64,000 bases of DNA from an uncultured candidatus Porisulfidus sp. (GTDB lineage Bacteria; Pseudomonadota; Gammaproteobacteria; Poriferisulfidales; Oxydemutatoraceae). The stretch is from NCBI GenBank assembly GCA_965200865.1, contig CBDAVG010000002.1:2130712-2194711 (forward strand). Reading direction: 5' to 3'. The notes below the pieces were generated by a model that made no database searches, had not been told where the DNA came from, and saw nothing but the letters and a program-made list of their open reading frames with translations. Positions 48,573-58,101 of the stretch are shown here, piece after piece; positions within the stretch are counted from its first letter, which is position 1; each line of letters opens with the position of its first letter. Made by a program: the position numbers and the translations under genes.

Positions 48573-49055
48573 TTAATCTGGCTGGTAGGGAAGCGAGGAA
48601 TGGTGTAGCACGATTCTCAGCGTGCCCTCGTCATCCTTTTTGTAACCCCAGCTCTTCTCAACTTTGGTGACATTACCGTCCCTGTCAATAAAAGTGACCC
48701 AGCCCATCCACATCGCCACATCGCCCTGGATAAAGCTCGCTGAGGTTTCTGAAACCACCGTGCGCCAGCCTTTGATCCCGAAACCACTGTCAAGGGGGTA
48801 GTCATCACTGTGACCCACAAAATAGGCTAGGGCTCCCTCACGAGTGGGACGAAAAGTTTTCTTACCGCTAGCCAGTGTTGGCTTGAAAAGAACCGGGCCA
48901 AGGTTATAGCCATAAGCAACATCAATCACGCCACTAGCCACTTCCCTCGCTGCATCAATACCACCCGCCTCAAAGGCCATGGAAACGGCAACCAGCGCAT
49001 CGCCCCAGATTTTACGCGCCTCGGTCAGTTCCTGCTCTGTAATTGCTGTCGTCAT
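48573..49055 (-). CDS. hypothetical protein (possible NTF2-like fold)
   Basis: 160 aa; no confident family assignment from sequence. Confidence 0.4.
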   Translation of the reverse strand: MTTAITEQELTEARKIWGDALVAVSMAFEAGGIDAAREVASGVIDVAYGYNLGPVLFKPTLASGKKTFRPTREGALAYFVGHSDDYPLDSGFGIKGWRTVVSETSASFIQGDVAMWMGWVTFIDRDGNVTKVEKSWGYKKDDEGTLRIVLHHSSLPYQPD

Positions 49056-49213
49056 CAGTTAACTCCATTCATTAAACCGTCGTCGTTGGTATCGATATCA
49101 ACCATACGGTCGCACGATGCACGACAAGCAGTGTCTTTGGATGGCGATTGAGCGAATACCCGACATGCAAACGGTATTAGCAATACAGAAATGATGTAAG
49201 GAGATAATTTCAT
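49054..49213 (-). CDS. putative small secreted Cys-containing peptide, stop/start overlap (TGATGA) with downstream gene
   Basis: 'MKLSPYIISVLLIPFACRVFAQSPSKDTACRASCDRMVDIDTNDDGLMNGVN'; <60 aa so absent from ORF table. Confidence 0.3.
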
Positions 49214-49269
49214 ATAAAATGATAAGTTTGTATGTGATCACGATAACAGCCGAATTGTATCATATCTCC

Positions 49270-49410
49270 CTGTTAGGGTGGCCACACTGCCCTTCCTAAC
49301 GCATTGTCCTTGTACCATTTCAATCGCTTCGCACCATCTGTATGATTACCGTAAACGAAATGGATGAATGAATTGTTCGTGCGAGGACAACGCGTTTGGG
49401 AGGGCATGTG
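49270..49410. repeat. repeat cluster (palindrome half, 'ccatttcgtttacggtaatcat' module)
   Basis: shared modules. Confidence 0.5.
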
Positions 49411-49750
49411 GGACTGTTGAAAAAATACTGTCATCGCCCAAACGTAACCGCTTGTGCCATTGAATTTACGAAAACGGTAGGGGCAGAACAAAGCCGCCGA
49501 TTGAGCCAGTAGGTCAATCGGCATTTCAATTATCCGCCCTATGGTACCGCCCTGCAAAACCGTAACTGCTTTGCGCCACAAGATTATGTTTTGCATAAAT
49601 TTGATGGATGAATGTATAAATCGTGCAAGTACATCGCGTTAGGGCGGATATATAAATCCGCCCCTACCCATGTAGTTTACGCTGTGGTTCTGGACAGTGG
49701 AAATGCCGATTGACCTACTGGCGCAAGCGGTTCTATTTTTCAATAGCCCC
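49410..49750. mobile_element. MITE (341 bp) with IS-type TIRs and ATGT target duplication; hairpin A nested in the loop of hairpin B
   Basis: 'gggagggcATGT|gggactgttgaaaaaatactgtcatcgc ... tctatttttcaatagccccc|ATGT'; internal '...ggtaggggcag[aacaaagccgccgattgagccagtaggtcaatcggcatttcaatt]atccgccctatgg...'. Confidence 0.75.
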
Positions 49751-50275
49751 CATGTATTCGTCTTTAAGCGACACATACATCTCTGCCGAATAAAGAAGAA
49801 ACTCTCTCTCCGTTTCGTTGAGTTCGCGGATTTTCTTTATCGGCGAACCCAGCCATAAAGAACCTCCCTCAACTACCTTTCCTGTTGGCACCAAGCTGTT
49901 GGCACCTACCATCGCCCCACTGCAAACTACGGCACCGTCTAGAACCGTGCTACCCATACCAATCAACGAAGTATCTTCTATAGTGCAAGCATGCAATATA
50001 CAGCGGTGTCCTACTGTGACCTCGTTGCCTATCGTCAAATGATAGCCGTCGGGAACAAAAGGACTTTGATTGGTGATATGCAAAACACTACCGTCTTGTA
50101 TATTAGTACGATTGCCTATCGTGATAGTCATATCCATATCACCGCGCACCACGCTTGCATGCCATACCGAACTATCTTCTCCGATAATGACATCGCCGAT
50201 GATATCGGCACTTTCGGCGATATATGAGGACTCGGCAATCCGAGGATAAGTATTCTTATAAGGTCTTATAGGCAT
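49733..50275 (-). CDS. gamma-class carbonic anhydrase family (left-handed beta-helix) protein
   Basis: hexapeptide repeats; 'VGHRCILHACTIEDTSLIGMGSTVLDGA' with conserved His ligands. Confidence 0.75.
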   Translation of the reverse strand: MPIRPYKNTYPRIAESSYIAESADIIGDVIIGEDSSVWHASVVRGDMDMTITIGNRTNIQDGSVLHITNQSPFVPDGYHLTIGNEVTVGHRCILHACTIEDTSLIGMGSTVLDGAVVCSGAMVGANSLVPTGKVVEGGSLWLGSPIKKIRELNETEREFLLYSAEMYVSLKDEYMGAIEK

Positions 50276-50329
50276 ACGATTATGCTAATGCATAATGTGT
50301 GTTGATGCAAAACATTACATGAAATTGGT

Positions 50330-51154
50330 CTAGCGTTTGCGGCGTGTACCCAACACACCGCGACGAGGGTCGTAACCGTAAACTGCCATCGTCATGAATA
50401 CTACGGCAACACCGACAACAATGAAGAATGCTTGGGTATTGAACTCAGAATAAAGCGCAAAGCGGATTAGCTCAACGATATGGGTGAATGGATTGAATAA
50501 ACAAATATCGTGCAATAGCACACTGGATTCCTTAATGCGCCACAAGGGATAAAGTGCCGAAGAGGCAAAGAACATCGGAAATATAACGAAATTCATGATG
50601 CCAGCGAAGTTTTCCAACTGTTTGATCACCGATGATATGAATAACCCGATAGCACTCAACATAAATCCGGTTAGAAGTAACGTTGGCAATAATGTCAAAT
50701 AACCGAGAGCAGGCGGGCGTATATCCCAAAACCATGCGATGGCAAGAAACACATAAACCTGTAGTATCGAGATGACAGTGCCTGCTAGCAACTTATTGAC
50801 CAACAAAAACCAGCGCGGTGCTGGGCTAGTCAGTAGAATTCTCATGCTACCCATCTCGCGATCGTAGACCATAGACAAAGAAGTTTGCATTCCGCTGAAC
50901 AGCTGGATCATGCCGATTAAACCGGGCGTAATGTATTCCTCGTAAAGCACATAGGTTTGATAGGGTGGAATAATAGACACGCCTAATACTGAGCGAAAAC
51001 CGGCAGCAAATATAAACAGCCATACCAACGGACGCACCAATGCAGCTATAAATCGTTCGCGCTGTTGCAGGAAGCGCAATACTTCACGCTCAACGATACC
51101 CAAGAAAAAATAAAAATAGCTAAGCGGAGTTAGTTTTGTAGTACTTTGATTCAT
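50330..51154 (-). CDS. ABC-2-type transporter permease (pedC-like cassette)
   Basis: 274 aa, 6 TM. Confidence 0.7.
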   Translation of the reverse strand: MNQSTTKLTPLSYFYFFLGIVEREVLRFLQQRERFIAALVRPLVWLFIFAAGFRSVLGVSIIPPYQTYVLYEEYITPGLIGMIQLFSGMQTSLSMVYDREMGSMRILLTSPAPRWFLLVNKLLAGTVISILQVYVFLAIAWFWDIRPPALGYLTLLPTLLLTGFMLSAIGLFISSVIKQLENFAGIMNFVIFPMFFASSALYPLWRIKESSVLLHDICLFNPFTHIVELIRFALYSEFNTQAFFIVVGVAVVFMTMAVYGYDPRRGVLGTRRKR

Positions 51155-51161
51155 GGCTATC

Positions 51162-51884
51162 CTATAGAAGTTCAGCTAATTTTTTTCTCATCGCAATAGC
51201 TTCGCTGGTGCCGGTCAGTTGTTCGGCACTGCCACGCATCGCTATCTGGCCTTTTTTGAGTATCAGCATACGGTCGTCGGCTTGAACCTCATCAAGCAGG
51301 TGCGTAGTCCATAGTACCGACAAGCCTTCATCGCACATTTTGCGTACATGCTTGATTATCAGTTCACGGCTCTGCACATCCAGACCTACCGTGGGTTCAT
51401 CCAAAATCAGTAATCTGGGTTTGTTGATTAGGGCGCGTGCGATTTCTATGCGTCTCACTTGTCCGCCGCTGAGAAACCTGATTTTGGTCTCCATTCGATC
51501 AGCCATTCCGATACGTTCAAGTTCCCGCGTCGCACGTTTCATGCCCTCGTTAGACGACAAACCGTACAAATGCGCCGAGTACTTAAGATTTTGGCGGACA
51601 CTTAAATCCATATCCAAAGAGCGTTGTTGAAAAACCACACCAAGTTGCAATAAGGCTTTAGCTGGCTTTTTGTCCATTGCGCAATCGCAAATAGAAATTT
51701 GTCCATGACGGCTATGGTAAAGACCAGTAATCAGAGAGAATAATGTCGTTTTCCCGGCACCGTTAGGGCCTAATAGTATCGTGAATTCACCGGCGGTAAC
51801 CGAGAAGCTCACTGCATCAAGTGCTTTGATCGTTCCGTAGTCATAGCTAACTGCGTCGACTTTTAAGGTCTCTTTTGAAGGCAA
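51162..51884 (-). CDS. ABC transporter ATP-binding protein
   Basis: Walker A 'GPNGAGKTT', signature 'LSGGQVRR', Walker B 'LLILDEPT'. Confidence 0.85.
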   Translation of the reverse strand: MPSKETLKVDAVSYDYGTIKALDAVSFSVTAGEFTILLGPNGAGKTTLFSLITGLYHSRHGQISICDCAMDKKPAKALLQLGVVFQQRSLDMDLSVRQNLKYSAHLYGLSSNEGMKRATRELERIGMADRMETKIRFLSGGQVRRIEIARALINKPRLLILDEPTVGLDVQSRELIIKHVRKMCDEGLSVLWTTHLLDEVQADDRMLILKKGQIAMRGSAEQLTGTSEAIAMRKKLAELL

Positions 51885-51989
51885 TGTATTATCGGGCTAA
51901 TTTCAAGTTATAGATAACAGCACACCGTGAGGCATGCCTAAGATATCATTTCATAGACAAGCTATTATACATAACTCACGACTCAATGT

Positions 51990-52175
51990 GGGGCTGTTGA
52001 AAAAGTTACCAGCACTGTATTTGTGCAGACACTCAGCAACCACCCCGTCAGATAGAACCACCGATTGAGCCAGTAGGTCAATCGGTGTGACATTGTGCAG
52101 AACCCCAACATGATTACTAAACGCATACATTACAAAATGCATAGGCCTGACACCCCTCCAGAGGAGGGGAATGTA
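51990..52175. repeat. MITE fragment (left TIR 'ggggctgttgaaaaagtt', hairpin A, 'acattgtgcagaac', hairpin E)
   Basis: shared modules. Confidence 0.6.
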
Positions 52176-52262
52176 CTAGCACTATATTTATATAGGTATT
52201 CAAAGATAATTAGGGGCGAACAACCATGTCTGCCCCTAATTTACCTACATACTAATCAGTAA

Positions 52263-53243
52263 TTAGTCGTCCTTGACGGCTACACCCCAAGGATAATTTC
52301 CAACCGCTATAGATTTTAACACCTTTTGGCTTTCAACCTCTATAACCGAGATATCATTGCTGACACCGTTCGTCGTATATACTCGGGTTTCGTCGGCATT
52401 GAAATCCAACTGCCAAACCCGTCTACCGACCAACAGATACTTCTCAACCTCAAGGGTTTGAACATTCACTACAGCGACACGGCTCGCAGGTCCTAATGCT
52501 ACAAATGCATACTTGTCATCATCAGTGATGCGCACACCAACCGGCTGTATTTCCTCTTTCTTCAAGCCAGGGATCGGAAATTCAATGGTCTTTATTATTT
52601 TGGGATCCTTCGCGTCAATCACGCTGACTGTGTTGCCGAGCTCGGCAGACACCCAGACTTGCATGCCGTCGTGTGTAAATTCGGCAAAACGCGGTCGTGT
52701 TCCGACCAGCACATTATGAGTCAATTTACGGCTGGCAACATCCAGAAAATGTGCCATATTGCTCGTCTCTGATGTCACAACGACTGTTTTGCCGTCGGGA
52801 CTAACACCTACACCTTCGGGTTCCTCACCGACCTCTATTTCCGCAACGATTTTTTTCGCAGCGATATCAACGATCGAAACCAAGGCATCATCTTCGTTGG
52901 CAACATAGATTGTTGTGTTGTCGGGGGAGATTGCCATAAGTTCAGGATCGGGGCCGGAAGGCAAATTGCCGACTATTTCGTTGGTAGCCAGATCAAGTAT
53001 TTGGATTGTGTCATCGTCGCTTGCGCAGATGTAAAGAAATTTTTGCTCTCTACCCATAATAAGCCCACGCGGACGCTGCCCAACCTTGACGGTTTTAATC
53101 ACTTCTAGTGTTTTGCCGTCAATAATACTGAGCGTATTATCCTTTTCGTTGGAAACATAAATCGTTTCGGCGAACAAAAGCGGACTACACAAAATGAGTG
53201 TGAAAAATATTAACCGCTTTAGGTTATTTGAAAAATAAGACAT
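52263..53243 (-). CDS. YVTN-family beta-propeller repeat protein (PQQ-dependent-catabolism-associated / PedB-like)
   Basis: signal peptide; ~7 repeats with 'YVxNExDxxVSVID'-type motifs. Confidence 0.7.
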   Translation of the reverse strand: MSYFSNNLKRLIFFTLILCSPLLFAETIYVSNEKDNTLSIIDGKTLEVIKTVKVGQRPRGLIMGREQKFLYICASDDDTIQILDLATNEIVGNLPSGPDPELMAISPDNTTIYVANEDDALVSIVDIAAKKIVAEIEVGEEPEGVGVSPDGKTVVVTSETSNMAHFLDVASRKLTHNVLVGTRPRFAEFTHDGMQVWVSAELGNTVSVIDAKDPKIIKTIEFPIPGLKKEEIQPVGVRITDDDKYAFVALGPASRVAVVNVQTLEVEKYLLVGRRVWQLDFNADETRVYTTNGVSNDISVIEVESQKVLKSIAVGNYPWGVAVKDD

Positions 53244-53257
53244 TTTATTACCTCCTG

Positions 53258-54529
53258 TCATTGTTTAACTTCATTGAGTTTGCACTCTACTTCATAGTCA
53301 TCAAAGCCCAGCGTATCTAACTGAGATCTTTGATGTAAAAACTGGTTTTGAGGGGAAACTGAGACTAGTGATTTCGGCGACACCAATAATATCGGTTGGC
53401 GGAGTTGTTGGTTCCAGGTGCGAAACGTCATCGGTTGTCCCTTGTATCCCGCTAATTCGAATTTGTCGCTTCTAATATAAGCGGCTATATCTTTGTCGGC
53501 TACCGACTGCGAGCGAGTGACGGCTTCACTGATGCTACGCACCGCCGACCATACGCCGTAATCTTTTTCCGACATAGGGTGTCCAAAGTTTTTGCGAAAA
53601 CGTTTTTGTATTTGTGCAGCCCCCCACTGTTCGTGTGCTTGGTGCCAAGTCACCGGCACGAGTCCTTGAGAACCTGCCACCACCATAGGCTTCCAAGTCT
53701 TATACATCAGATATTCGCCGAACTCTCCGACCATGTCAGCAACAATCAGTACATCGTAATCTGGTGCGTCTTGAGTGAAGACCGGTACGGTTGAAGCTGC
53801 AGTGCGGCGCATATCGGCAGTATCAAAATCCCACTTTTTTTCAGCAACGATTTTTCCACCGAACTTTTTCGCCGCTTTCCGCAATGCTACCGCAAAACCG
53901 GCATCTGATTCTCTCTTTCCTTCTACCAAAAACCATTTGTCCCATTTCTTAGCAATGAGATATTGGGCAAGTGCGTCAGCGCGCATCCCATGGCTTGGTA
54001 TGATATGAAAGATATTGGCTCGGCATTCCTTGGTGCGCAAAAAATCGTCTTCTGCATCAATATTATAAAACCAAGATTGTTTGCCTTGTTCGGAGTCGGC
54101 TGTAGCCAGCAATTCTTCAGCACTCAGATTGACGACAAAATGCCGTATACCTTTTTTGAATAACTCGTCAAGGGCTTTTGCCACCTCATCATTCTCTCCA
54201 AGAATAACTGCTTCAAGCGTATAGTTATGACCTAGAAATTTTCCAGTTGTATTGCTATCTTTTATGCCTTGCTCACCACCAAGTGCGCCGTCATCCTCAG
54301 GCGGCAGTTCGATGTTGGACATTTTCGGCAACACCTCAGTCTCCTTTTTGATATAAGCAATATTGACATTTTGGACGGTTTGTCCGGCAATCGCCACAGT
54401 AGCAAAACCGAATAGGCAAATAGCGACGAGGATATAACGCGTCAGCCGTCTTAGGTACTTAGGCCGTGATAAAAAGTGTTTACTTTCGTACATGTGTGGT
54501 CTCCTTATCTGTTGGTTGAGGGGATACAA
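53258..54529 (-). CDS. ABC transporter periplasmic substrate-binding protein (type I PBP, PedA-like)
   Basis: 423 aa, N-terminal TM/signal; 4-bp overlap with downstream propeller gene. Confidence 0.6.
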   Translation of the reverse strand: MYPLNQQIRRPHMYESKHFLSRPKYLRRLTRYILVAICLFGFATVAIAGQTVQNVNIAYIKKETEVLPKMSNIELPPEDDGALGGEQGIKDSNTTGKFLGHNYTLEAVILGENDEVAKALDELFKKGIRHFVVNLSAEELLATADSEQGKQSWFYNIDAEDDFLRTKECRANIFHIIPSHGMRADALAQYLIAKKWDKWFLVEGKRESDAGFAVALRKAAKKFGGKIVAEKKWDFDTADMRRTAASTVPVFTQDAPDYDVLIVADMVGEFGEYLMYKTWKPMVVAGSQGLVPVTWHQAHEQWGAAQIQKRFRKNFGHPMSEKDYGVWSAVRSISEAVTRSQSVADKDIAAYIRSDKFELAGYKGQPMTFRTWNQQLRQPILLVSPKSLVSVSPQNQFLHQRSQLDTLGFDDYEVECKLNEVKQ

Positions 54530-54534
54530 TAGGC

Positions 54535-55374
54535 TTACAGTTCAATTTCCAAGCCTATGCCGCCCCAGGTTTGGTCGTCATGGCCTTCGCGACGAAGATT
54601 TTCCTCAGCAAAGGAATGTGTAGCATATGCTCCCAGGCTGATCGCGTCGGTCAACGGTATACTCACTGCTACACCAACCAATATGTTGTTTAGCCCATCG
54701 TATTCGTCGCTGACATAACCGAAATCAATCAGGGCTCCTACATAAGGTTCTATGCTGAAGTGCTCCATCTCTATCTCTCTTGCTAATTCAATTTCAACCA
54801 TACCGCCGTTGGCTTCGGTGGAGTAGACATAAGACAGGTCTGGAACAATCTCGAAAGGCAGACATTCTTCGCATGAGAGGCCTAGAAAAAACTCGTGGTC
54901 GTTAGGGTCTTCTTCCTCTTCGTCGTCATCATCATCGTCGTCTTCTCTGTTTTCCTCTCCGTTGTCGTCTCCGTTGTCGTCTCCTTCTTCTTCCTCATCC
55001 TCGTAGACCCAAGTGTAACCAAGTGTCATACTGAAATTGTTGAACTCCCATTCTTTGCCTATGGATAATTCGGATTCGCGAAGATGTTCAGATTCTGCAA
55101 TTGCCATCTCGCCTTCAATAAAGAAACTTGGTAATTCAAAGTCTCCAATGCGTAATCCTTCAAATTCAACCTCAAGCTCCGGTGTCATCACCGCGCGTCC
55201 TGGTATCTCACTTTCGCCTTCCTCTATGAACTTATTACTAAAGTAGACTTCAAACTCAGCGGAAACATCATTCTCGTCCTCGTCATGTTCGTCTGCATGA
55301 ACAAACGAACTAAAAAGGATTAGCGACAAACCGATGCATAAAAGGTGAACTACATTTTTTTTGAACTTAAACAT
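54535..55374 (-). CDS. secreted, extremely acidic protein (poly-D/E tract) with beta-barrel-like C-terminus
   Basis: signal peptide; 'EDEEEEGDDNGDDNGEENREDDDDDDDEEEEDPNDHE'; alternating hydrophobic strands at C-terminus. Confidence 0.5.
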   Translation of the reverse strand: MFKFKKNVVHLLCIGLSLILFSSFVHADEHDEDENDVSAEFEVYFSNKFIEEGESEIPGRAVMTPELEVEFEGLRIGDFELPSFFIEGEMAIAESEHLRESELSIGKEWEFNNFSMTLGYTWVYEDEEEEGDDNGDDNGEENREDDDDDDDEEEEDPNDHEFFLGLSCEECLPFEIVPDLSYVYSTEANGGMVEIELAREIEMEHFSIEPYVGALIDFGYVSDEYDGLNNILVGVAVSIPLTDAISLGAYATHSFAEENLRREGHDDQTWGGIGLEIEL

Positions 55375-55480
55375 TTTAACTCCTTATATTTAAATTAAGA
55401 TATGCAAAGCATAGCAATTACATTGCATATCATGGGATATTTAGCGGTATAGTATAACAATCAATTTAACTATGAAACAA

Positions 55481-56170
55481 GGGCTGTTGAAAAAAAAACA
55501 GCACAGAACGATATATAAAATAAAACCGCCGATTGAGCCAGTAGGTCAATCGGCATTTCCATTGTCCAGAACCACAGCGTAAACTACATGGGTAGGGGCG
55601 GATTTATATATCCGCCCTACGGTACCGTTCCGCACAAACGTAACCGCTTGCGCTCCCAAATCATGCAAACCATTTGCCGCATACTCGCACAACCCCTCCC
55701 GCCTTGCGTCACCGAGTCATGGTTACCGTAAATAAAATGGATAAATGGGACTGCTGAAAAAGTACCGTCATTGCACAAACGTAACCGCTTGCGCCATTAA
55801 ATTTAAGAAAATGGTAGGGGCAGAATAAAGCCGCCGATTGAGACAGTAGTTCAATCGGCAATTTTAATATCCGCCCTACGGTACCGTCCTGCAAAACCGT
55901 AACCGCTTTGCGCCACAAGATTATGGTTTGCATAAATTTGATGGATGAATGTATAAATCGTGCAAGTACGTCGCGTTAGGGCGGATATATAAATCCGCCC
56001 CTCCGGTTCAAGAAATACTTTTTCAACAGTCCCATGTTAGCCCTCCCCTACGGTAGGTTCCCATAAACGAAATGAATGGAGTGTTTTTACAGACGTGCCA
56101 CAACCACCCCGTCAGGCTGCGCCTGCCACCCCTCCACAGGAGGGGAATACCACTTTTTCAACAACCCCAT
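55481..56170. repeat. MITE cluster: nested/adjacent MITEs (left TIRs at 55481 and 55747, right TIRs at 56043 and 56168) with hairpin A inside hairpin B twice
   Basis: 'gggactgctgaaaaagtaccgtcattgc...tactttttcaacagtccc|atgttagccctcccctacgg'. Confidence 0.7.
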
Positions 56171-56238
56171 GTTAGTCTGCCCCTATGGTGTCTGTTCATG
56201 CTACAATTTAACTTTCTAATCTGAAAGGCATACCATAA

Positions 56239-56964
56239 ATGATAGACAATAAACTCAATTATCCGCATTTGCTATTGTTGCAGTGGCTTATTTTCATTTT
56301 CGTTTTAACGTTCTTTGCATGGCTGGCATGGCAGCAAGGCGTAATACAGGATGTTCTAAGAACAGACCCAACTAAATTATCTCTGATAATCATGCTGATT
56401 TTTATCGTCGGCACCATCCATTGTGCAATACGCAGTGTATTCCTGTCTCGGCAGTTAAACGAATTAGGAAAAATCATCGATGCACCAAGCAAACTATATT
56501 TTGCCGACAACCAGTTATATTTTGATAAACAGTTGCTACCTTCGTCGCTGATAGCTGATTATTTGATCGGCATTTTTCGCTATCGACAATCGTTGTCCGA
56601 TCAAGCCGGCGCGCAGCAAGCATCCAAACTCGACGAAGTATTAAGCGAACACGCCAACGGCCCGCACGAAAGCGGATGGTTTTTTTCGCAGTTGTTAATT
56701 AAACTGGGTTTGTTAGGAACTGTTATTGGTTTTATCATCATGCTGAAATCGCTATCTAGTGCGTCGTTGGCTGATGTTTCACAAGTCTATGTGTTATTCA
56801 GTGATATGGCACAAGGTATGAGAGTAGCACTCAACACTACATTAACCGGATTGCTTGGTGCAATGTTGCTCGGACTTCAATACCTGATGTTAGATCGTGG
56901 TGCCGATCGCTTGCTATCAGGTGTAACCCATTTCGCCGAGACTTACACCAAGACGACCGAATAA
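56239..56964 (+). CDS. MotA/TolQ/ExbB-family proton-channel protein (short form)
   Basis: 'KLGLLGTVIGFI' and 'ALNTTLTGLLGAMLLGL' signatures; 241 aa. Confidence 0.7.
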   Translation: MIDNKLNYPHLLLLQWLIFIFVLTFFAWLAWQQGVIQDVLRTDPTKLSLIIMLIFIVGTIHCAIRSVFLSRQLNELGKIIDAPSKLYFADNQLYFDKQLLPSSLIADYLIGIFRYRQSLSDQAGAQQASKLDEVLSEHANGPHESGWFFSQLLIKLGLLGTVIGFIIMLKSLSSASLADVSQVYVLFSDMAQGMRVALNTTLTGLLGAMLLGLQYLMLDRGADRLLSGVTHFAETYTKTTE

Positions 56965-56980
56965 TAGTTCCCCCGACACG

Positions 56981-57592
56981 ATGGCTTTTAAGCGACAGGC
57001 ACGAACTTCACTTGCGATGGATCCTTTCACTGATCTGCTATTCAACGTATTGCTTGTATTTACCTTTTTGTTTATGATTGCGATTATTTTTTTAAATCCG
57101 ATATCTAAGGACGGCAATGTAGAATTGAAAGCTGAATACATCATCACGGTCAAATGGCCTGATCAAAGTCCAGATGATGTTGATACATGGGTAGAGGATC
57201 CGCAAGGAAATCTTGTTTGGTTTAATCATAACGAGGCTGGTTTTATGCATTTAGATCGCGACGATCGCGGCACAAGCAACGATACGATAATGGTTGACGG
57301 CAAAGAAGTCCTCAATCCCTTGAATCAAGAAATAGTAACGCTCAGAAAACCGATTCCGGGTGAATACACCGTCAATGTGCATTACTACAAATCCAACACC
57401 AAGAAACCAGTAACCGCCGAGGTGAGCGTGTCTAAAGTGAATCCGTGGCTTGAAGTTGTGTATTACGGTCAAGTGGAACTAGAAGCAACCAACTCGGAAC
57501 GCACCGCAGTACGGTTCAGGGTCAACGAAGACGGTAGCGTAGGCGAAATCAATACACTACCAAAGTCTTTGGTTACTGTGGAGCCGATATGA
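56981..57592 (+). CDS. single-pass membrane protein with periplasmic beta-sandwich-like domain (ExbD/TolR-position partner, not ExbD-like in sequence)
   Basis: TM 'LLFNVLLVFTFLFMIAIIFL' then soluble domain; translationally coupled to next gene. Confidence 0.45.
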   Translation: MAFKRQARTSLAMDPFTDLLFNVLLVFTFLFMIAIIFLNPISKDGNVELKAEYIITVKWPDQSPDDVDTWVEDPQGNLVWFNHNEAGFMHLDRDDRGTSNDTIMVDGKEVLNPLNQEIVTLRKPIPGEYTVNVHYYKSNTKKPVTAEVSVSKVNPWLEVVYYGQVELEATNSERTAVRFRVNEDGSVGEINTLPKSLVTVEPI

Positions 57593-58101
57593 ATACCGCA
57601 CTCATCGCACTCATCACCGCTTATGTTGCCCTTGCGGTTTTGCTTTTGGGGTTATGTCTTTATTCAAAATGGTCGGTATGGATTAAAGCGGGAGCAATCG
57701 TCTTAACTGGCTTTTTTTATTATGCAACCTATTTCTCTTTGCAAGGCTTGCTGGGGTGGCCAACACAATCTGATATGCCCAGTGAATTTATCCTATTGGC
57801 AGGCAAAGTAGAAGAACCCAACGAGAAGACCAAAGACGGTGGTGCAGTCTATCTGTGGGCATTGCCGCTGGATGAAGAGAAAATCAAAGGGATGCCTCGC
57901 TCATATAAAATACCGTATTCTAAGTCTCTGCACAACCAAGTCACCAAAGCCAATAAGAGGTTGCGTCGCGGTATTCCTCAAGTCGGCAAACTCGAAAACG
58001 CTATAGTGCCCAAGCCGGGCATAGGTCAGGCTTTGTTTGTGGAGACTATGCAGCGTATTGACATTTCCGACTTTCCCGACCCTGAATTACCCGACAAATG
58101 A
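57589..58101 (+). CDS. two-TM membrane protein, hypothetical
   Basis: ATGA overlaps on both sides (operon). Confidence 0.5.
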   Translation: MNTALIALITAYVALAVLLLGLCLYSKWSVWIKAGAIVLTGFFYYATYFSLQGLLGWPTQSDMPSEFILLAGKVEEPNEKTKDGGAVYLWALPLDEEKIKGMPRSYKIPYSKSLHNQVTKANKRLRRGIPQVGKLENAIVPKPGIGQALFVETMQRIDISDFPDPELPDK

